DNA of 64,000 nt, taken from Penicillus capitatus (Eukaryota; Plantae; Chlorophyta). Of this stretch, positions 61,667 to 64,000 are shown piece after piece (position 1 is the stretch's first letter; each line of letters begins with the position of its first letter). The notes beneath the pieces are model-generated. The model saw nothing but the letters and a program-made list of their open reading frames with translations. It ran no database searches and was not told where the DNA came from. The DNA lies in the NCBI GenBank assembly GCA_965649825.1, contig OZ287698.1, forward strand, positions 635,949 through 699,948, in the 5' to 3' direction. Position numbers and translations under genes: made by a program.

Positions 61667-64000
61667 ATGTCAAACGCTCAGCCGGAAATCGAGAACGGAA
61701 GCGTAAGGCGTCGCGTTATGCGTCGTGGCGGCGTATGTTCGTTCGGCTTAGGAGCGCTATGTCTATACCTTCTCGAAAGGCAATTCGGCAGGGACGAAAG
61801 ATATGAAGGCCCTGGTAAGACAGGCGTTGGTAGGTGTGTATGATGAGCGAGAGATCGCATGCGTATGTGCGTGCAGCTTGGCGGGAAAGGGGCCAATCTT
61901 TGCGAGATGGCGCGCATCGGACTGAATGTTCCAGCCGGTCTGACGATCACGACAGAAGTTTGTCGCCAATATAGTACAGGCATGGTCGCATCGAATCGAC
62001 ACATGGACGGCTTTTCTAACGGTGCCTCTTAGGCGGCGGTGCATTGCCTCCCGGTTGCTGGGAAGAAGTCCTGAAAGGACTCAAGACGATTGAAGAGGCG
62101 CGCAGTGCCAACTTCGGTGACGAATCGAACCCACTTCTCGTCTCAGCCCGTTCGGGTGCTCCCGTAAAAATCCACACATCCACTCAGAGTACTTGATATG
62201 ACACTTTTGGCTGGTATGGCGCAGGTATCGATGCCAGGAATGATGGACACTGTGCTGAATGTCGGATGCAATGATGTCATTGTCGAAGCGATCGCTCAAA
62301 AAACGACGATGCGTTTTGCATACGACTGTTATCGCCGTCTGCTCTCGATGTTCGGCGACGTTGTGCTGGGACTGCCACATGCGGATTTTGAGCACGCGCT
62401 ATCGGAGAAAAAGAAGAACAAGAACGTCAAATTTGATGTGGAGCTGACAGGAGACGATCTAAAAGATCTCGTCGCAGAATACAAAGAAATCTACACCAAA
62501 CATGGACAAGAATTGCCACAAGACCCCATTGAACAACTCAGAATGTGTATCGATGCTGTTTTCAAGTTGAATCTTTATGGAGTCTCACTCTTTTGTTACT
62601 CACTCTTTATAGATCGTGGAACACAGAACGTGCCGTAAAGTACCGTGAGATCAACAACATTACGGGGCTGAAAGGCACGGCGGTGAACATTCAGTCCATG
62701 GTCTATGGAAACTACAATGACGATTCTGGCACGGGTGTGTGTTTCACACGGAATCCTGCCACAGGAGACAAGATCTTCTTCGGAGAGTATCTCATGAATG
62801 CGCAGGGAGAGGATGTCGTGGCCGGCATCCGTACACCAATCCCCATTTCTGAACTGGAGAAGAGTTACCCTGAAGTCTATGCAGAGCTCGTGCACACCAA
62901 GGATTTGCTGGAGAAGTACATGAAGAACATGCAGGACATCGAATTCACCGTGCAGGACAAAGAACTCTTCATGCTGCAAACGCGAGATGGCAAGCGTACA
63001 GGAGCAGCTGCTTTGAAGATCGCCGTCGATCTGGTGGAGGAAGAAATCATCGATGACACAAAGGCAGTGCTCATGGTGGAGCCTGGACACCTCGATCAGC
63101 TGTTGCACCCTCAATTCGAAGATCCCAAGGCATACAAGCCCTCTGTCTTTGCAGAAGGATTAGCTGCCTCTCCTGGAGCTGCCGTGGGTCAGGTGGTGTT
63201 TACAGCTCATGAAGCTGAGGAATGGAAGGCAGATGGGAAACACGTGATCTTGGTGAGAGTGGAGACGAGTCCAGAAGACGTGGGTGGCATGCATGCTGCC
63301 GAAGGGATCTTGACAGCCAGAGGAGGCATGACCTCCCATGCCGCTGTCGTGGCTCGTGGATGGGGAAAGCCGTGTGTCTGCGGATGCGAGGCACTTCAAG
63401 TGGATGTGGGTAACAAAGCCGTCACTGTCATTGCAGATGGCAAGACCGTTGAGATCAAAGAAGGGGAATGGATTAGTCTGAACGGATCGACAGGAGAAGT
63501 TATTCTTGGCAAACAGGCCCTGAAGAAACCAGAGCTATCCGGCAATTTGGCACATTTCATGGTATGGGTGGACAAGTATCGTAAACTGGGAGTCCTGACC
63601 AATGCAGATACACCCGAAGATGCAACTGTGGCACGCGAGAACGGTGCAGAAGGGATTGGACTGACACGCACAGAACACATGTTTTTCTGCACAGCAGAGC
63701 GCATAGCAGCCGTGCGTCGTATGATTGCTGCGGTCGAAATGGATGCACCAGGCCGAGCTGAGACACTCGATCAGCTAAAGAATTTTCAGCGTGAAGATTT
63801 TGAAGGGATCTTTACAGCAATGGACACACTCCCAGTTACTGTTCGTCTGTTGGACCCTCCCCTTCACGAATTTTTGCCACAAGAGGGCCCAGCTCTTGAG
63901 AAGCTCGTCGAGCAGCTCTCCGCGGAACTCAGCATTTCGTCAGAGCTCGTCAAATCCAGAATTGCTGGAATGCATGAGTGCAACCCGATGATGGGTTTCA
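61667..64000 (+). CDS. PPDK: Pyruvate, phosphate dikinase (3'-truncated by window end), spliced
   Basis: [92 protein letters not shown] (phospho-His/Thr loop), [28 protein letters not shown]. Confidence 0.97.

Noticed and set aside
1-64000. TAA/TAG-to-Gln code reassignment, as in some ulvophytes
   Set aside because: Conserved genes end at TAA/TAG (RPL24, TOP3A, EF-hand gene), and long exons such as SGT1 have no internal TAR codons.

Overview
Eukaryotic nuclear DNA, most likely a chlorophyte green alga (inference from short ~40-60 nt GT-AG introns, TGTAA poly(A)-type signals and plant/algal gene content such as PPDK, SGT1 and a DRM1/ARP motif). The standard genetic code fits. About 24 protein genes are supported. 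Very compact housekeeping blocks (1-9.2 kb, 29.7-44.3 kb, 56.6-64 kb), where start codons of divergent genes are as little as 25 bp apart, alternate with gene-sparse blocks (9.2-26 kb, 44.4-56.5 kb) holding secreted/surface genes, TCGA-rich degenerate DNA and probable transposon remnants. The most striking element is an intronless secreted polyprotein at 45241-46104 with 11 Gly-Arg-Lys-Leu sites separating short peptides, two of them with Cys pairs; it looks like a neuropeptide/prohormone-type precursor. Other notable items are a DRM1/ARP-EF-hand fusion, a Pmp-like beta-helix multi-TM receptor-like protein, a very divergent DDB1-like gene, and an apple-domain gene beside a multi-TM lipase. Exon boundaries were read by eye, and family calls come from motif recognition, not database searches.
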